Shown in pieces: positions 46,613-58,448 of a stretch of 64,000 bases of DNA (the stretch's first letter is position 1; every line of letters starts with the position of its first letter). Below the pieces are notes generated by a model, which had not been told where the DNA came from, did not search any database, and saw nothing but the letters and a program-made list of their open reading frames with translations. The stretch is taken from the NCBI GenBank assembly GCA_025830695.1, contig GCA_025830695.1_4111.1. The stretch is one strand, 5' to 3'. The translations under genes and the position numbers were made by a program. The DNA is from a phage.

Positions 46613-46742
<130 letters not shown>

Positions 46743-46745
46743 AAT

Positions 46746-46846
<101 letters not shown>

Positions 46847-46848
46847 CA

Positions 46849-47009
<161 letters not shown>

Positions 47010-47013
<4 letters not shown>

Positions 47014-47170
47014 CACATGAAGAATGGATGAATGACATTAATTTTAGATATTCGGGTATCGGTAAATGGCTAAAGTATCATTGGGAATTCATTTCAGAGC
47101 CACATCTGTATGATAAACTTATCAACGATCCAGCATATGAAATGTACTTAATTGAACTACTGGTACGATT

Positions 47171-47174
<4 letters not shown>
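47010..47174 (+). CDS. MTHEEWM mini-protein family, copy 5 (54 aa)
   Basis: MTHEEWMNDINFRYSGIGKWLKYHWEFISEPHLYDKLINDPAYEMYLIELLVRL. The first ~55 nt are almost identical to copy 4. ATGA overlap. Confidence 0.6.
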
Positions 47175-47336
<162 letters not shown>

Positions 47337-47344
47337 AAAAAAAG

Positions 47345-47754
<410 letters not shown>

Positions 47755-47758
<4 letters not shown>

Positions 47759-47784
47759 CTAAATAATTCAGTACTGAGGATATT
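47755..47784 (+). promoter_or_regulatory. Second copy of the promoter cassette (weak -10)
   Basis: TTGACT (47755-47760) + AAATAATTCAGTACTGA. The best -10 is GATATT (47779-47784). Confidence 0.4.
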
Positions 47785-47815
47785 AATATGTTTAAAGATG
47801 AACGTCCAGATTTGT

Positions 47816-47853
<38 letters not shown>

Positions 47854-47859
47854 GAATTC

Positions 47860-48201
47860 CACAATCAGACGTATATGGTGTAAGTTACGTCGATGCAATC
47901 CAGAACAAGATCTCTGGTACTCTAGGAAGTGGTGAATGTTAACCTAGACGGGTTTGATAATTGGACGATAGGCAATTATTACTTGACTAGCAGGTTTAAA
48001 CTAGAGGTGACTATCCTTCACCAAACTGGAAAACCGGATGGACTTTTATTTAAAAGGGTAAGGCGTGGAAATATGTTTACAGAAGTTGCTTTTAGTAGCC
48101 TGTACGCCCCACGTCAAGGTAGCCGAAAGGCAAGTTAAGACGGGTGGTTATAAAGCTGAATTAACAGCGGCGTTTAAAAGCGTCACCATCCATTTTTTTT
48201 T
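47860..48201 (+). ncRNA. Candidate structured RNA or long structured leader (~340 nt), class unknown
   Basis: Lies downstream of a strong promoter and is locally more G+C-rich. No ORF with an RBS. Helices ggcgtgg/ccacgtc (48061-48067 with 48107-48113) and gcc-GAAA-ggc. Terminal stem gggtggt/accatcc (48142-48148 with 48185-48191) followed by T9. Confidence 0.35.
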
Positions 48202-48217
48202 AATTAAAGTTGGTGAT

Positions 48218-49027
<810 letters not shown>

Positions 49028-49051
49028 ACGAAATTACAATAGGAAATTAAA

Positions 49052-49237
49052 ATGCAACTTTTAATTCTTTCAATATTGTATATTATTATAATGGTTCCGA
49101 TATCAATACGTTTAATTACACTTGAACGATTTTTATCGAAACATGGAAATAGATCTATGATCTTAGTACCAATCGGGCTTATATTGTTTGGTATTTTTGC
49201 ATTTATAATGGGAATTAACGCTACATTCATTTCATAG
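49052..49237 (+). CDS. Small membrane protein (61 aa)
   Basis: Track ORF with two hydrophobic segments. AGGAAA upstream. Confidence 0.55.
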   Translation: MQLLILSILYIIIMVPISIRLITLERFLSKHGNRSMILVPIGLILFGIFAFIMGINATFIS

Positions 49238-49246
49238 GAAACAAAT

Positions 49247-49504
<258 letters not shown>

Positions 49505-49512
49505 GAATTTAA

Positions 49513-49914
49513 ATGAAAAAGAATGACTTGATCAAAATGCTTCAAGAAATTGACGGCAATCCAGAGATTGTTATTTGGAATGGATACGTCGATGATTATA
49601 TGAACATCGAAAAAGGCTTGACTAAAATCACTCTAGTCAAAGAAACCGAACAGTTTCTTCAGGGTGCATTAGAGCACGAATGGTGTGAACGTAACAATAC
49701 ATTCGACATTCCAGAAGACCAACGAACCAAGATTGCAGAACGTGCTAAAGAACTGCATAAGAAACGTGAATACGATTTCCAGAACCCATATGTCACTGAA
49801 GACGAATTCAATCGCTGGTACGGTAAAAAGAAATTGATAAAGTATGTCCTTTCACCTAAACTACGTGGTAAGACTTCACTTGGTGTATTCAACGCCGCAG
49901 ACTTAAACTACTAA
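49513..49914 (+). CDS. Hypothetical protein (133 aa)
   Basis: Track ORF with AGGAA upstream. Confidence 0.65.
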   Translation: MKKNDLIKMLQEIDGNPEIVIWNGYVDDYMNIEKGLTKITLVKETEQFLQGALEHEWCERNNTFDIPEDQRTKIAERAKELHKKREYDFQNPYVTEDEFNRWYGKKKLIKYVLSPKLRGKTSLGVFNAADLNY

Positions 49915-49926
49915 GAGAGTATTTAA

Positions 49927-50694
<768 letters not shown>

Positions 50695-50696
50695 TA

Positions 50697-50753
<57 letters not shown>

Positions 50754-50838
50754 AGTAAGAGTAAAAATGAAAGTAAGTAAAAAAACTACCAAGCAGCTTG
50801 AAGAACTTTGTAGTGCTGCACCTATGCCGACTCTTGGC

Positions 50839-50939
<101 letters not shown>

Positions 50940-50951
50940 TATCTTACTTCT

Positions 50952-51041
<90 letters not shown>

Positions 51042-51047
51042 TACACT

Positions 51048-51473
51048 ATGAAATACAACATTGTTAAAATGGTGAACTATATATTAAAAAACAACGCATG
51101 GTCACTGCATGATGTACAATTAGAAGATATTGGTGAAGTTAGAGTATTTTGCTATGATCCAGATTTGAATCAAACCACAGATTTGAGTAAATGTTTTAAT
51201 ATTTTTCTTGGTTATGAATTCAATAATCATTTTTATTCATTTGATGTGTATTTTGAAAAAGTTATATTCAGAAGTTATGAATGTGATAATGAAGATTATG
51301 ATTATGATGATGAATCAATTGAATTGAATGTTAACGATATTGATACTGAAGAAAAATTCTTCCAGTACTGCCTCCTTAACGACACATTAGGATTAACATT
51401 TGAGGACATTAAAGCTATACTTAAAGTTCAAAAGTTGATTCCAGAAGAGGTTCTAAATCCATTAAATGACTAG
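51048..51473 (+). CDS. EE-x-FFQ-x-S family paralog
   Basis: C-terminal DIDTEEKFFQYCLLNDTLGLTFEDIKAILK. Confidence 0.7.
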   Translation: MKYNIVKMVNYILKNNAWSLHDVQLEDIGEVRVFCYDPDLNQTTDLSKCFNIFLGYEFNNHFYSFDVYFEKVIFRSYECDNEDYDYDDESIELNVNDIDTEEKFFQYCLLNDTLGLTFEDIKAILKVQKLIPEEVLNPLND

Positions 51474-51831
51474 TCTAATAGTACGTATAATGCAAGATGT
51501 TTGTAATAACCTTTATACAGGCAATTTTGACGATCCGAACATAAAAATATTATGTTATGATGGTTTTACAATGGTACATCCATCCTATTCAAATAATATC
51601 TACGTAGCATATACAGGTGAAAATCTATTATATCAATTTGATATATATAGTACAATGACAAAGATAATTTTGGATGCCTCTAAACCAGCAATCTTTATTG
51701 CTTCTCATGATTACCATTACACTGAAGAATCACTATTTCAGTACTCAATGATTAATGACATTGGTGGGTTGACATTGGATGAGGTTAATGCTATACTAGC
51801 TGTCTCACGTTTGGTTAAAACCCACAATTAG
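51466..51831 (+). CDS. EE-x-FFQ-x-S family paralog
   Basis: C-terminal HYTEESLFQYSMINDIGGLTLDEVNAIL. Confidence 0.7.
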   Translation: MTSLIVRIMQDVCNNLYTGNFDDPNIKILCYDGFTMVHPSYSNNIYVAYTGENLLYQFDIYSTMTKIILDASKPAIFIASHDYHYTEESLFQYSMINDIGGLTLDEVNAILAVSRLVKTHN

Positions 51832-51840
51832 GAGATTCAT

Positions 51841-52032
51841 ATGTTCTGGAATTTATTATGCTTGTTTGGTCGTACATTGGTTCTTGCTATTATTCATACA
51901 CCTGGTATTCGTAATTATGTTTCTTATGAATTTAAGAAAAATTATCACAACAATACTGAAGTTCGTACAACTAAGATGTGCAAAGACTTCAAGGTAGATG
52001 TTCCACCATTCAAGAAGTACGAGGATGAATAA
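51841..52032 (+). CDS. Small hypothetical protein (63 aa), hydrophobic N-terminus
   Basis: Track ORF with AGGAGA RBS. Confidence 0.55.
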   Translation: MFWNLLCLFGRTLVLAIIHTPGIRNYVSYEFKKNYHNNTEVRTTKMCKDFKVDVPPFKKYEDE

Positions 52033-52316
52033 TGGAATTCATTGTTGCACCTGATGAACTTAAAACATTCACGTTCAGAGATAATAACAATTATCCTTAT
52101 ACAAATCATTCATTGAATTCATTACATGTTATTGCAATCATTGCATCTGAATACAGGGATAATCCATGTATTGATTTTAAAACCACTGATGGCGAATATA
52201 CATGGGTGATCCCAAAAGATAAATATAGTTATCAAGGGGCAGTAGAAATTCGTGACTCGATTCTAAAACAAATCGAAGATGGAAATACTCATCCTAAACT
52301 AAACACTCAGTACTGA
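52032..52316 (+). CDS. Hypothetical protein (94 aa)
   Basis: Track ORF with TAATG overlap. Confidence 0.6.
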   Translation: MEFIVAPDELKTFTFRDNNNYPYTNHSLNSLHVIAIIASEYRDNPCIDFKTTDGEYTWVIPKDKYSYQGAVEIRDSILKQIEDGNTHPKLNTQY

Positions 52317-52329
52317 AATCGTTTAACCC

Positions 52330-52384
52330 GATAGCTTCTAGTCAGTACTGATTCCTCCTTATGTATAGAAGCTATCACTTTTTT
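52330..52384 (+). terminator. Rho-independent terminator with TCAGTACTGA in the loop
   Basis: gatagcttcta (52330-52340) pairs with tagaagctatc (52366-52376), followed by ac-tttttt. Confidence 0.7.
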
Positions 52385-52472
52385 ACGTATAATGATATTA
52401 CCCTCAAATTCATTATATTCGTTACCCTCTAACAGTATCTTTTTATTCCTCTTGGATGCTGTAATTTAGAAG

Positions 52473-52502
52473 TTGACTTTTTAACTTCTACTGTGTTATA
52501 CT
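52473..52502 (+). promoter_or_regulatory. sigma70-like promoter with extended -10
   Basis: TTGACT (52473-52478), 18 nt, TGtTATACT (52494-52502). Confidence 0.6.
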
Positions 52503-52503
52503 T

Positions 52504-52532
52504 AAGGCTGATTCGATGAATCGGCCTTTTTT
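52504..52532 (+). terminator. Strong hairpin plus T-run abutting the promoter (promoter/stem-loop cassette)
   Basis: aaggctgattc-gat-gaatcggcctt followed by tttt. Confidence 0.6.
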
Positions 52533-52550
52533 CTTATATAGGTGAATGCA

Positions 52551-52970
52551 ATGAGTTATTTGTTTACTTTAATTGATAAGTATGTTGACATTGTATACCG
52601 TCAAGTTTGTAGTGATACGTTTGAAACAAAAAACCCAATTAGAGATGGCATTTTTGATGTTGTCGTTGGATCATTTTTGAATGGATACACCGAGACATTA
52701 TACAACAGTAATAATATTTTTATTTCAGTTCAATCCAGACATACATCAGACTATGCTGTTAGCATTGATATTTGGGAAAATAATATAGAAATAGATATAA
52801 CGGAACATACTAACATTCATGTTGATGATACATTTAATCAATTAACTGAAGAAATGTACTTGCAGTTGAATTTTGTACATGATCTTACAAATATCAGTTA
52901 TGATACATTAAGGAAAATATGTTTTCTTAGTGGGGCGATCCGTAGTAATATGAGTAAGGATGGGAAGTGA
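52551..52970 (+). CDS. EE-x-FFQ-x-S family paralog
   Basis: NQLTEEMYLQLNFVHDLTNISYDTLRKI. ATG 52551 follows AGGTGA. Confidence 0.65.
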   Translation: MSYLFTLIDKYVDIVYRQVCSDTFETKNPIRDGIFDVVVGSFLNGYTETLYNSNNIFISVQSRHTSDYAVSIDIWENNIEIDITEHTNIHVDDTFNQLTEEMYLQLNFVHDLTNISYDTLRKICFLSGAIRSNMSKDGK

Positions 52971-52971
52971 A

Positions 52972-53388
52972 ATGTTAAAAATTCCACCTAAGTCGTTAAC
53001 ACATCTTATTGAATGTGGTGTAATATTTTCCGAAGGTGATACCTCATCATACACATTGGTCGATGAACCTTATAATTTTTCATACCAATCTTATAAAAAT
53101 AATTCTAAAATTTCTTGTAGAGATGCTGAAAACATATTAATAGATGTTTCGTTACATAATGTTCCGAAATTTTACATTGATATCTTTGGTGATTCTTTGA
53201 CAATTCGAACATATGATTATTTTATTAATAACGACCTCTTGAGTCTTCCAATTGAACATGATACTATAGATTCAGAGATGTTCTTTCAACTATCAACAGT
53301 TTACGATTTACAGGGTTTAACTGTTGAGCAGTTGAATGGAATATTTGAGATTTCACGAAACATACGAAGCAGGAATAAAAATGTCTAA
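52972..53388 (+). CDS. EE-x-FFQ-x-S family paralog
   Basis: TIDSEMFFQLSTVYDLQGLTVEQLNGIF. The first ATG after the previous stop. Confidence 0.7.
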   Translation: MLKIPPKSLTHLIECGVIFSEGDTSSYTLVDEPYNFSYQSYKNNSKISCRDAENILIDVSLHNVPKFYIDIFGDSLTIRTYDYFINNDLLSLPIEHDTIDSEMFFQLSTVYDLQGLTVEQLNGIFEISRNIRSRNKNV

Positions 53389-53797
53389 TATTTTAAATGA
53401 AAAAACAGTTGATGTTGTTATTGGTGTTCTTAACACCGCAACTTCATTTCAGAAGAAACACAGTACTGTATACTTCGGTGACGATTGTTGGCTGAACTAT
53501 ACATCTGATAATTCGTTTATAATTCGTGTTGAGAAGGGTGATATTGGATTAACGATACATGCTTCCCACACTAAAACTGATAAGAAAATCACTGTTATTG
53601 CAAACAAGCCAAGTGTCTCAGATTTCTGGGATAGAATTGATGATTGCGACCATTTCATGTCAACATTCTATAAAACAGAAGAAGAACATTTCATGGATAG
53701 TACGGTCAAAGAATTAGCTATTCCATTTAAACTTATGAAAGCAGTAAGAGATTTTATTTTAAAATACAAAAAAATAGGAGTTACTAATGCAATTTAA
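53381..53797 (+). CDS. EE-x-FFQ-x-S family paralog
   Basis: YKTEEEHFMDSTVKELAIPFKLMKAVRDF. ATG 53381 follows AGGAA. Confidence 0.65.
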   Translation: MSNILNEKTVDVVIGVLNTATSFQKKHSTVYFGDDCWLNYTSDNSFIIRVEKGDIGLTIHASHTKTDKKITVIANKPSVSDFWDRIDDCDHFMSTFYKTEEEHFMDSTVKELAIPFKLMKAVRDFILKYKKIGVTNAI

Positions 53798-54233
53798 TGG
53801 TAAAGTTTCCAAAGTAGGTTTGGTTTTTGAAAACTGTGAATTTGTTGATATTGATGTAAAGAATGTTTTATGGATGCATATTGCTGATGAGAAGACTCTT
53901 TGTAGCCGTTTTTCAAACGGACTGACAATTAGTACTGTTATCGGTGAGTTCGGTATTGCATTACGCAGCAATACACCATCGGATTTCATGGACAACTCTA
54001 CACTGTTAGACCGTTTAAAAATGCGTGACGTTACACATGTTTATCTATATGATACTAACGGTGTTGAACAGCGTTATGTAGTTGAATGGGCTAATTATAA
54101 CCTTAGTGATCAATATTCAGTAAACCAGCGTGTTCAACTCACCCCTGGTGGTAATATTGTGTTTGTTAGTTCAACTGGTAAATTAATCAGTGTAGATGAT
54201 AAAAACATTGACCTATTCACCGCATATAACTAA
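53787..54233 (+). CDS. Hypothetical protein (148 aa)
   Basis: Track ORF with AGGAG upstream. Confidence 0.65.
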   Translation: MQFNGKVSKVGLVFENCEFVDIDVKNVLWMHIADEKTLCSRFSNGLTISTVIGEFGIALRSNTPSDFMDNSTLLDRLKMRDVTHVYLYDTNGVEQRYVVEWANYNLSDQYSVNQRVQLTPGGNIVFVSSTGKLISVDDKNIDLFTAYN

Positions 54234-54244
54234 TACGAGCTTCC

Positions 54245-54664
54245 ATGAAAACAATCCAAATTCATTTCAAAGACACTTGGACAGAAGTAAGTACTGGTAA
54301 TATTCAGGATATTTTATATAGTACTGAAACTATTCATGTTTATGATGAAGAGACTGCTTCCGAGCAGTTAAAAGTTTTGCATCGTAGTGTTGGTGTGCAC
54401 ACTGAATATGGCATTAAACATACTCGTGAATTACTTAATACTAATCACATTGAAACCCGTAAAGCAAACTTATCAAAAGAAGAAATGTTCGATTTCATCC
54501 TGAACCATAAAGTTCATATTGAGCCTGATGGGTCTATATGGGAGAACACTGCTGGACAAAAAGTGCTGAAAAAATATCATGTTTCAATTGATAATGTAAA
54601 AATGTCAGGGTATGATTTGGAAGATGCAATTAATGAATATGTATCTAGGCAGAGGGCAAATTGA
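54245..54664 (+). CDS. Hypothetical protein (139 aa)
   Basis: Track ORF. Confidence 0.65.
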   Translation: MKTIQIHFKDTWTEVSTGNIQDILYSTETIHVYDEETASEQLKVLHRSVGVHTEYGIKHTRELLNTNHIETRKANLSKEEMFDFILNHKVHIEPDGSIWENTAGQKVLKKYHVSIDNVKMSGYDLEDAINEYVSRQRAN

Positions 54665-55035
54665 TGAGCTTGATAACATTTACAATTATTTGTTGCATTA
54701 CTATTGTACTTTGTCGCCTGATTCATGTATACTCATATCATAAAGCGTTGCGAATCGAACAAGAGATTTACAACGAAAACCGAGAACCAGAACCAGTCAA
54801 GAAGCCACCATCACCTTATGGGTTGAAACGTGAGATGCATTCTCAAAGTAAAAAGTGGGGTTATGCAATTACTAAAAATGGCTACATCTATACTGCAAGT
54901 AATGGTTATTTTCAAATTCACCACGAATTAGAAGTGGCAGTTCAAATTTTGTGGGAGATGGAGGACATTGGTGGTTATGAGCGTACTAAGTTTGAATTCA
55001 TATCAAATGATCCAGGAACTTCACGAGAAACATGA
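54664..55035 (+). CDS. Membrane-anchored hypothetical protein
   Basis: Track ORF 54661..55035. N-terminal LITFTIICCITIVLCRLI. Confidence 0.6.
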   Translation: MSLITFTIICCITIVLCRLIHVYSYHKALRIEQEIYNENREPEPVKKPPSPYGLKREMHSQSKKWGYAITKNGYIYTASNGYFQIHHELEVAVQILWEMEDIGGYERTKFEFISNDPGTSRET

Positions 55036-55041
55036 TATAAT
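55013..55041 (+). promoter_or_regulatory. Extended -10 promoter (weak -35)
   Basis: TGaTATAAT (55033-55041). Confidence 0.35.
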
Positions 55042-55069
55042 TGTTGATGTGGAGAAGAAGGAAGTCGTT

Positions 55070-55180
55070 ATGAAAAAGCAAGCATATAGAATTTTAGAAG
55101 ACTTCCATCTAAAAGCATTTATAATGAAGTTCTGTACAGATGAACATCTTACCGGACGAGTAATACGTAAGGAGTTGTAA
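55070..55180 (+). CDS. Very small hypothetical protein (36 aa)
   Basis: Internal ATG of track ORF 54968..55180, preceded by GAAGGAAG. The upstream part overlaps 54664..55035. Confidence 0.35.
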   Translation: MKKQAYRILEDFHLKAFIMKFCTDEHLTGRVIRKEL

Positions 55181-55522
55181 ATGAACTTAAGTTCAACAAT
55201 TCAGTACTTGAGCAGTAACTTCGAGAAAATTATTTCTCGCGGTGGGATGATTGTACACCCAGAAACAGAGGAAATGTACATCATTGGATTTGATAAAAAT
55301 TCTTATGATCAAGTACTTGTAATTTCCAAGTTAGAAAGTTATAATGAAGTTGTTCAGTTTTGCTGTACCGAATTTGGTATCTATATTAAAGACGCTGAAA
55401 CTAATACAATTTCGCATTATTTTTACCACACACTGATGGGTACTAAAGACTTCGGCTTGAAGTTCGATGATTTAGTACAATGTCACTATATGTTTAAAAC
55501 CTTCCCAGCTAGTGGGCATTAA
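55181..55522 (+). CDS. Hypothetical protein, divergent EE-x-FFQ-x-S family member
   Basis: C-terminal ISHYFYHTLMGTKDFGLKFDDLVQCHYMF parallels FFQ.S...D.GG.TFEDI. AAGGAG RBS. Confidence 0.6.
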   Translation: MNLSSTIQYLSSNFEKIISRGGMIVHPETEEMYIIGFDKNSYDQVLVISKLESYNEVVQFCCTEFGIYIKDAETNTISHYFYHTLMGTKDFGLKFDDLVQCHYMFKTFPASGH

Positions 55523-55535
55523 GGAGTATATCAAT

Positions 55536-56324
55536 ATGAGCAACATTTTCTTCAAAACTATTTCTTTCAAAAAAGCATCTTACTCCTACGCCTACGTTGA
55601 TGGTAAAGTGCTTAATATTGTACTGGATGGTGTTGACGTACCAGTTGAATTTAAAACACATGAAGAAGCAGTTGAAGGTGCTAAAGAATTGAATTCAATT
55701 CTTAATGGTGAAGTAAGTCAAAAACAACATGTAAAATCTGATTTAGATGTACTTTTGGAAAAAATCAAAACTGGTGAAGTATTAGAAATTTTAGACAACT
55801 GTAATGAAAAACTTCGTAATGTAGTTAATAATGTTCGTGACCAGATTCAAGAAAAAGCACTAGAGCAAGCATTCAAACATGTATCCAAGAATGCTGAATC
55901 TCGTATTGACGGTATGGTTAAAAATCTTGATGATGTACTATCTCATCTCTTTACTAAAGAATACGAACAAGAAGTTGAAGAAGAACCAGTAAAAGAAACT
56001 AAAAAAGAAAAACGTAGCTTTGGCTCAGGTGATGATGTGTTTGGTTTTACGAATGTCCGAACAAGTGCAGATGAACCAAAAGAAATTAGTGAGATGCTCA
56101 TTGGTGACATGACAACTAAGCAGCTTCGTAATGAAATTGACAAGTTTGTAACTAGTTGTATCAAATCAGAACGTGCACAAAGTATGTTTAAAAGCATTAG
56201 TGAGAACTTTGGTCCAGAAGCAACTGAGCAGGCACTAACTGCATTTAAAGAATTGATTTATAATGTAGCCATTAGCAATCCAGATAAAACACTTGAAGAA
56301 GTTCTACGTGACAATTTCAAATAA
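55536..56324 (+). CDS. Hypothetical protein (262 aa)
   Basis: Track ORF 55512..56324. ATG 55536 follows AAGGAG. Confidence 0.65.
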   Translation: MSNIFFKTISFKKASYSYAYVDGKVLNIVLDGVDVPVEFKTHEEAVEGAKELNSILNGEVSQKQHVKSDLDVLLEKIKTGEVLEILDNCNEKLRNVVNNVRDQIQEKALEQAFKHVSKNAESRIDGMVKNLDDVLSHLFTKEYEQEVEEEPVKETKKEKRSFGSGDDVFGFTNVRTSADEPKEISEMLIGDMTTKQLRNEIDKFVTSCIKSERAQSMFKSISENFGPEATEQALTAFKELIYNVAISNPDKTLEEVLRDNFK

Positions 56325-56336
56325 TTAGATAAAATT

Positions 56337-56365
56337 AAAGCCACTACAATGTAGTGGCTTTTTTT
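56337..56365. terminator. Bidirectional rho-independent terminator
   Basis: aaagccactac-aat-gtagtggcttt flanked by an A-run and a T-run, between convergent genes. Confidence 0.85.
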
Positions 56366-56366
56366 A

Positions 56367-57521
56367 TTATGCGTTGTAACCAACTATTACGACTGAGCAG
56401 TCAAGCGGTTCTACTACTTTAAGAATTACATTATCATCTTCATCCACTTGTATTTCACTATGAACTACATGATTGTCTGAAGAATATAATTGAACTTGTG
56501 GTAGTGCTTTACCATGTTCAGTTACTGGAACTGAGATAGAGTACATAGAGTCTTCACCGAGAACCCACTCACTTAAAGTATATTCTTTATGGAAAGGAGT
56601 AGTATGCAGTGTTTTTCCGATTATACTCAAAGAAACAGGTAAATTGTCAGTTTGATACACAGTAATATTACCTTCTGCGTCTACAGAAAGATCTACACCA
56701 ACTTGATATAAGTCACCACTGTATGCTTGAAGTGCTAAGTACTGTCCACGATCATGAACATCAAATGGAACAACCGCAGAAAATACACCTTCCGAAACAG
56801 GTTCAAATTGGGATAGAAGAACTGATGTAACAAAATCAATATCCTCACCACTTTCAAGAACATCAAATTCCACCACTTTAGTGTTATAATATGGAGAAGT
56901 GAGTGTAGCAGTACCTTTTCCTGATTGTGTGATAACATCAACTGGAATTGTAAATGCATCATTAACAAATTGGGTAGTAAAGTATTCTGTTCCGTCTGGT
57001 AATACGATTGTTATTACCATACCGTTAGTATCAATTTCTGAACCAGTATTGAATAATTTACCACTAATTGAGTCATTACCAACAAATACTGGTGAAATGA
57101 GAATATTATCTATATCACGATCTATAATACCACATTCAGGTGTATACATATGATACAAGGTTTGTGAACTACCTAAAATTGTTCTATGTAGCATGAATTT
57201 ATATACAAATCCAGTATCAGTTTCTTGTGGCTCTTCAGAATATCCACGAACAAAGAAACAATTTTTATTAATTTCACTTAATAGTTGGTCATTAGTTTTA
57301 TTGTAATTTAATAGATAACCTTTATTATCTTTAGTTGTTATTTGTACTTTACGATATATTATATTAGTTCTTGGATCAACTAAATCATATAATCTATGGC
57401 TTCTTTGGCGATAGATTCTAATATTTTTTAGTCTAGTTCCATCATTGAGGATTGCACCATCAACAACATAACCACATTCACCAAACTTATAGCGTCCAGC
57501 CGCAGCAATTGACCTTGACAT
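56367..57521 (-). CDS. Hypothetical protein (384 aa), lone minus-strand gene
   Basis: Track ORF. GGAGGG RBS on the minus strand. Beta-rich sequence, function not recognised. Confidence 0.7.
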   Translation of the reverse strand: MSRSIAAAGRYKFGECGYVVDGAILNDGTRLKNIRIYRQRSHRLYDLVDPRTNIIYRKVQITTKDNKGYLLNYNKTNDQLLSEINKNCFFVRGYSEEPQETDTGFVYKFMLHRTILGSSQTLYHMYTPECGIIDRDIDNILISPVFVGNDSISGKLFNTGSEIDTNGMVITIVLPDGTEYFTTQFVNDAFTIPVDVITQSGKGTATLTSPYYNTKVVEFDVLESGEDIDFVTSVLLSQFEPVSEGVFSAVVPFDVHDRGQYLALQAYSGDLYQVGVDLSVDAEGNITVYQTDNLPVSLSIIGKTLHTTPFHKEYTLSEWVLGEDSMYSISVPVTEHGKALPQVQLYSSDNHVVHSEIQVDEDDNVILKVVEPLDCSVVIVGYNA

Positions 57522-57543
57522 TTATCCCTCCATTGGTATAATT

Positions 57544-57572
57544 ATTATAACGTATTTATTATGCATATCCAA
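57544..57572 (-). promoter_or_regulatory. sigma70-like promoter for the minus-strand gene
   Basis: Reverse complement reads TTGGAT (57572-57567), 17 nt, TATAAT (57549-57544). Confidence 0.6.
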
Positions 57573-57581
57573 AAAATGAGC

Positions 57582-57610
57582 TTGACTGGTGTATGATTTG
57601 GTGTTATCAT
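57582..57610 (+). promoter_or_regulatory. sigma70-like promoter (divergent partner)
   Basis: TTGACT (57582-57587), 17 nt, TGtTATCAT (57602-57610). Confidence 0.55.
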
Positions 57611-57637
57611 GTAGTGAATGAATAATGAGGTGTTTTT

Positions 57638-58222
57638 ATGAATGTTATTGATAATAGATTAGTACTGAAAAATGGAAAAATGACTGTTAAGTTATATAAA
57701 GATGAAGCTGATTCTTTTATGGCAAAAGCGATTGAAAAATCAGAACGATATAAACTTTTGGCTCCAGCAAGTAAATCGCCATATGGTTTTAATCATGCAC
57801 ATAGTCATTTTGTTGGTATGGTGTGTGAGCACGCATCTTTAGTACTTTTTAATGAAATTGAAAACAATACTGGTATTAAACTTAATATCGATCCAGCATT
57901 CCAAAATGAAGCACGTGACGGTGAATGTGATATTAAGGTAAACAACCTTCGTATTGAAGTAAAAGGTATCAAGTATAAATCATGGACTGACTTTGGACCA
58001 TGTGTTAGTACTCGACAGTTAAAAAATATCCAGAAAAAAGCTGACGTAATACTATGGGTATTGTATAATGAGAAAAAACAAGAGTTCACGTTTGAGGGAT
58101 TCAACTATGTAAAAGATATTAGTTCTATCCCAGTTATCCTCACTGGTGTACCAGGGCGACCAATGATTGAAAATCACCCAGTACTCGGTATTATGAAACC
58201 ACTACAGGAGTTACCATTGTGA
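57638..58222 (+). CDS. PD-(D/E)XK nuclease-like protein
   Basis: ARDGECDIKVNNLRIEVKGIK fits D...(D/E)xK spacing. Weak, motif-only call. Confidence 0.4.
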   Translation: MNVIDNRLVLKNGKMTVKLYKDEADSFMAKAIEKSERYKLLAPASKSPYGFNHAHSHFVGMVCEHASLVLFNEIENNTGIKLNIDPAFQNEARDGECDIKVNNLRIEVKGIKYKSWTDFGPCVSTRQLKNIQKKADVILWVLYNEKKQEFTFEGFNYVKDISSIPVILTGVPGRPMIENHPVLGIMKPLQELPL

Positions 58223-58446
58223 TTACTGCAACTGTATATCAAGATATCAATGAAGAATTTCATTCTAAAATTGCGTTCTTATCATTTCCTGTACTCCCAG
58301 CAGTTGGGTCAACGTTGAATCTTACCATTTGTGGTTTTGAGAAATATTATAAAGTACTAGATATTGAGTACTGTGCTGATGTATATTCATGTAATAGTGA
58401 AATTGCAATTCCAGTATCAATCGATATTATTGTAAAAGAGGTTTGA
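58219..58446 (+). CDS. Hypothetical protein (75 aa)
   Basis: Track ORF. GTG start in a GTGA overlap. Confidence 0.5.
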   Translation: MITATVYQDINEEFHSKIAFLSFPVLPAVGSTLNLTICGFEKYYKVLDIEYCADVYSCNSEIAIPVSIDIIVKEV

Positions 58447-58448
58447 TT

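Noticed and set aside
47929-48217. Track ORF 47929..48138 (GTG start) and the N-terminal 51 codons of track ORF 48065..48595.
   Set aside because: Neither has an RBS, and both cross predicted RNA helices and a stem plus T9. The family paralog has a good RBS and ATG at 48218, with the normal family length from there.
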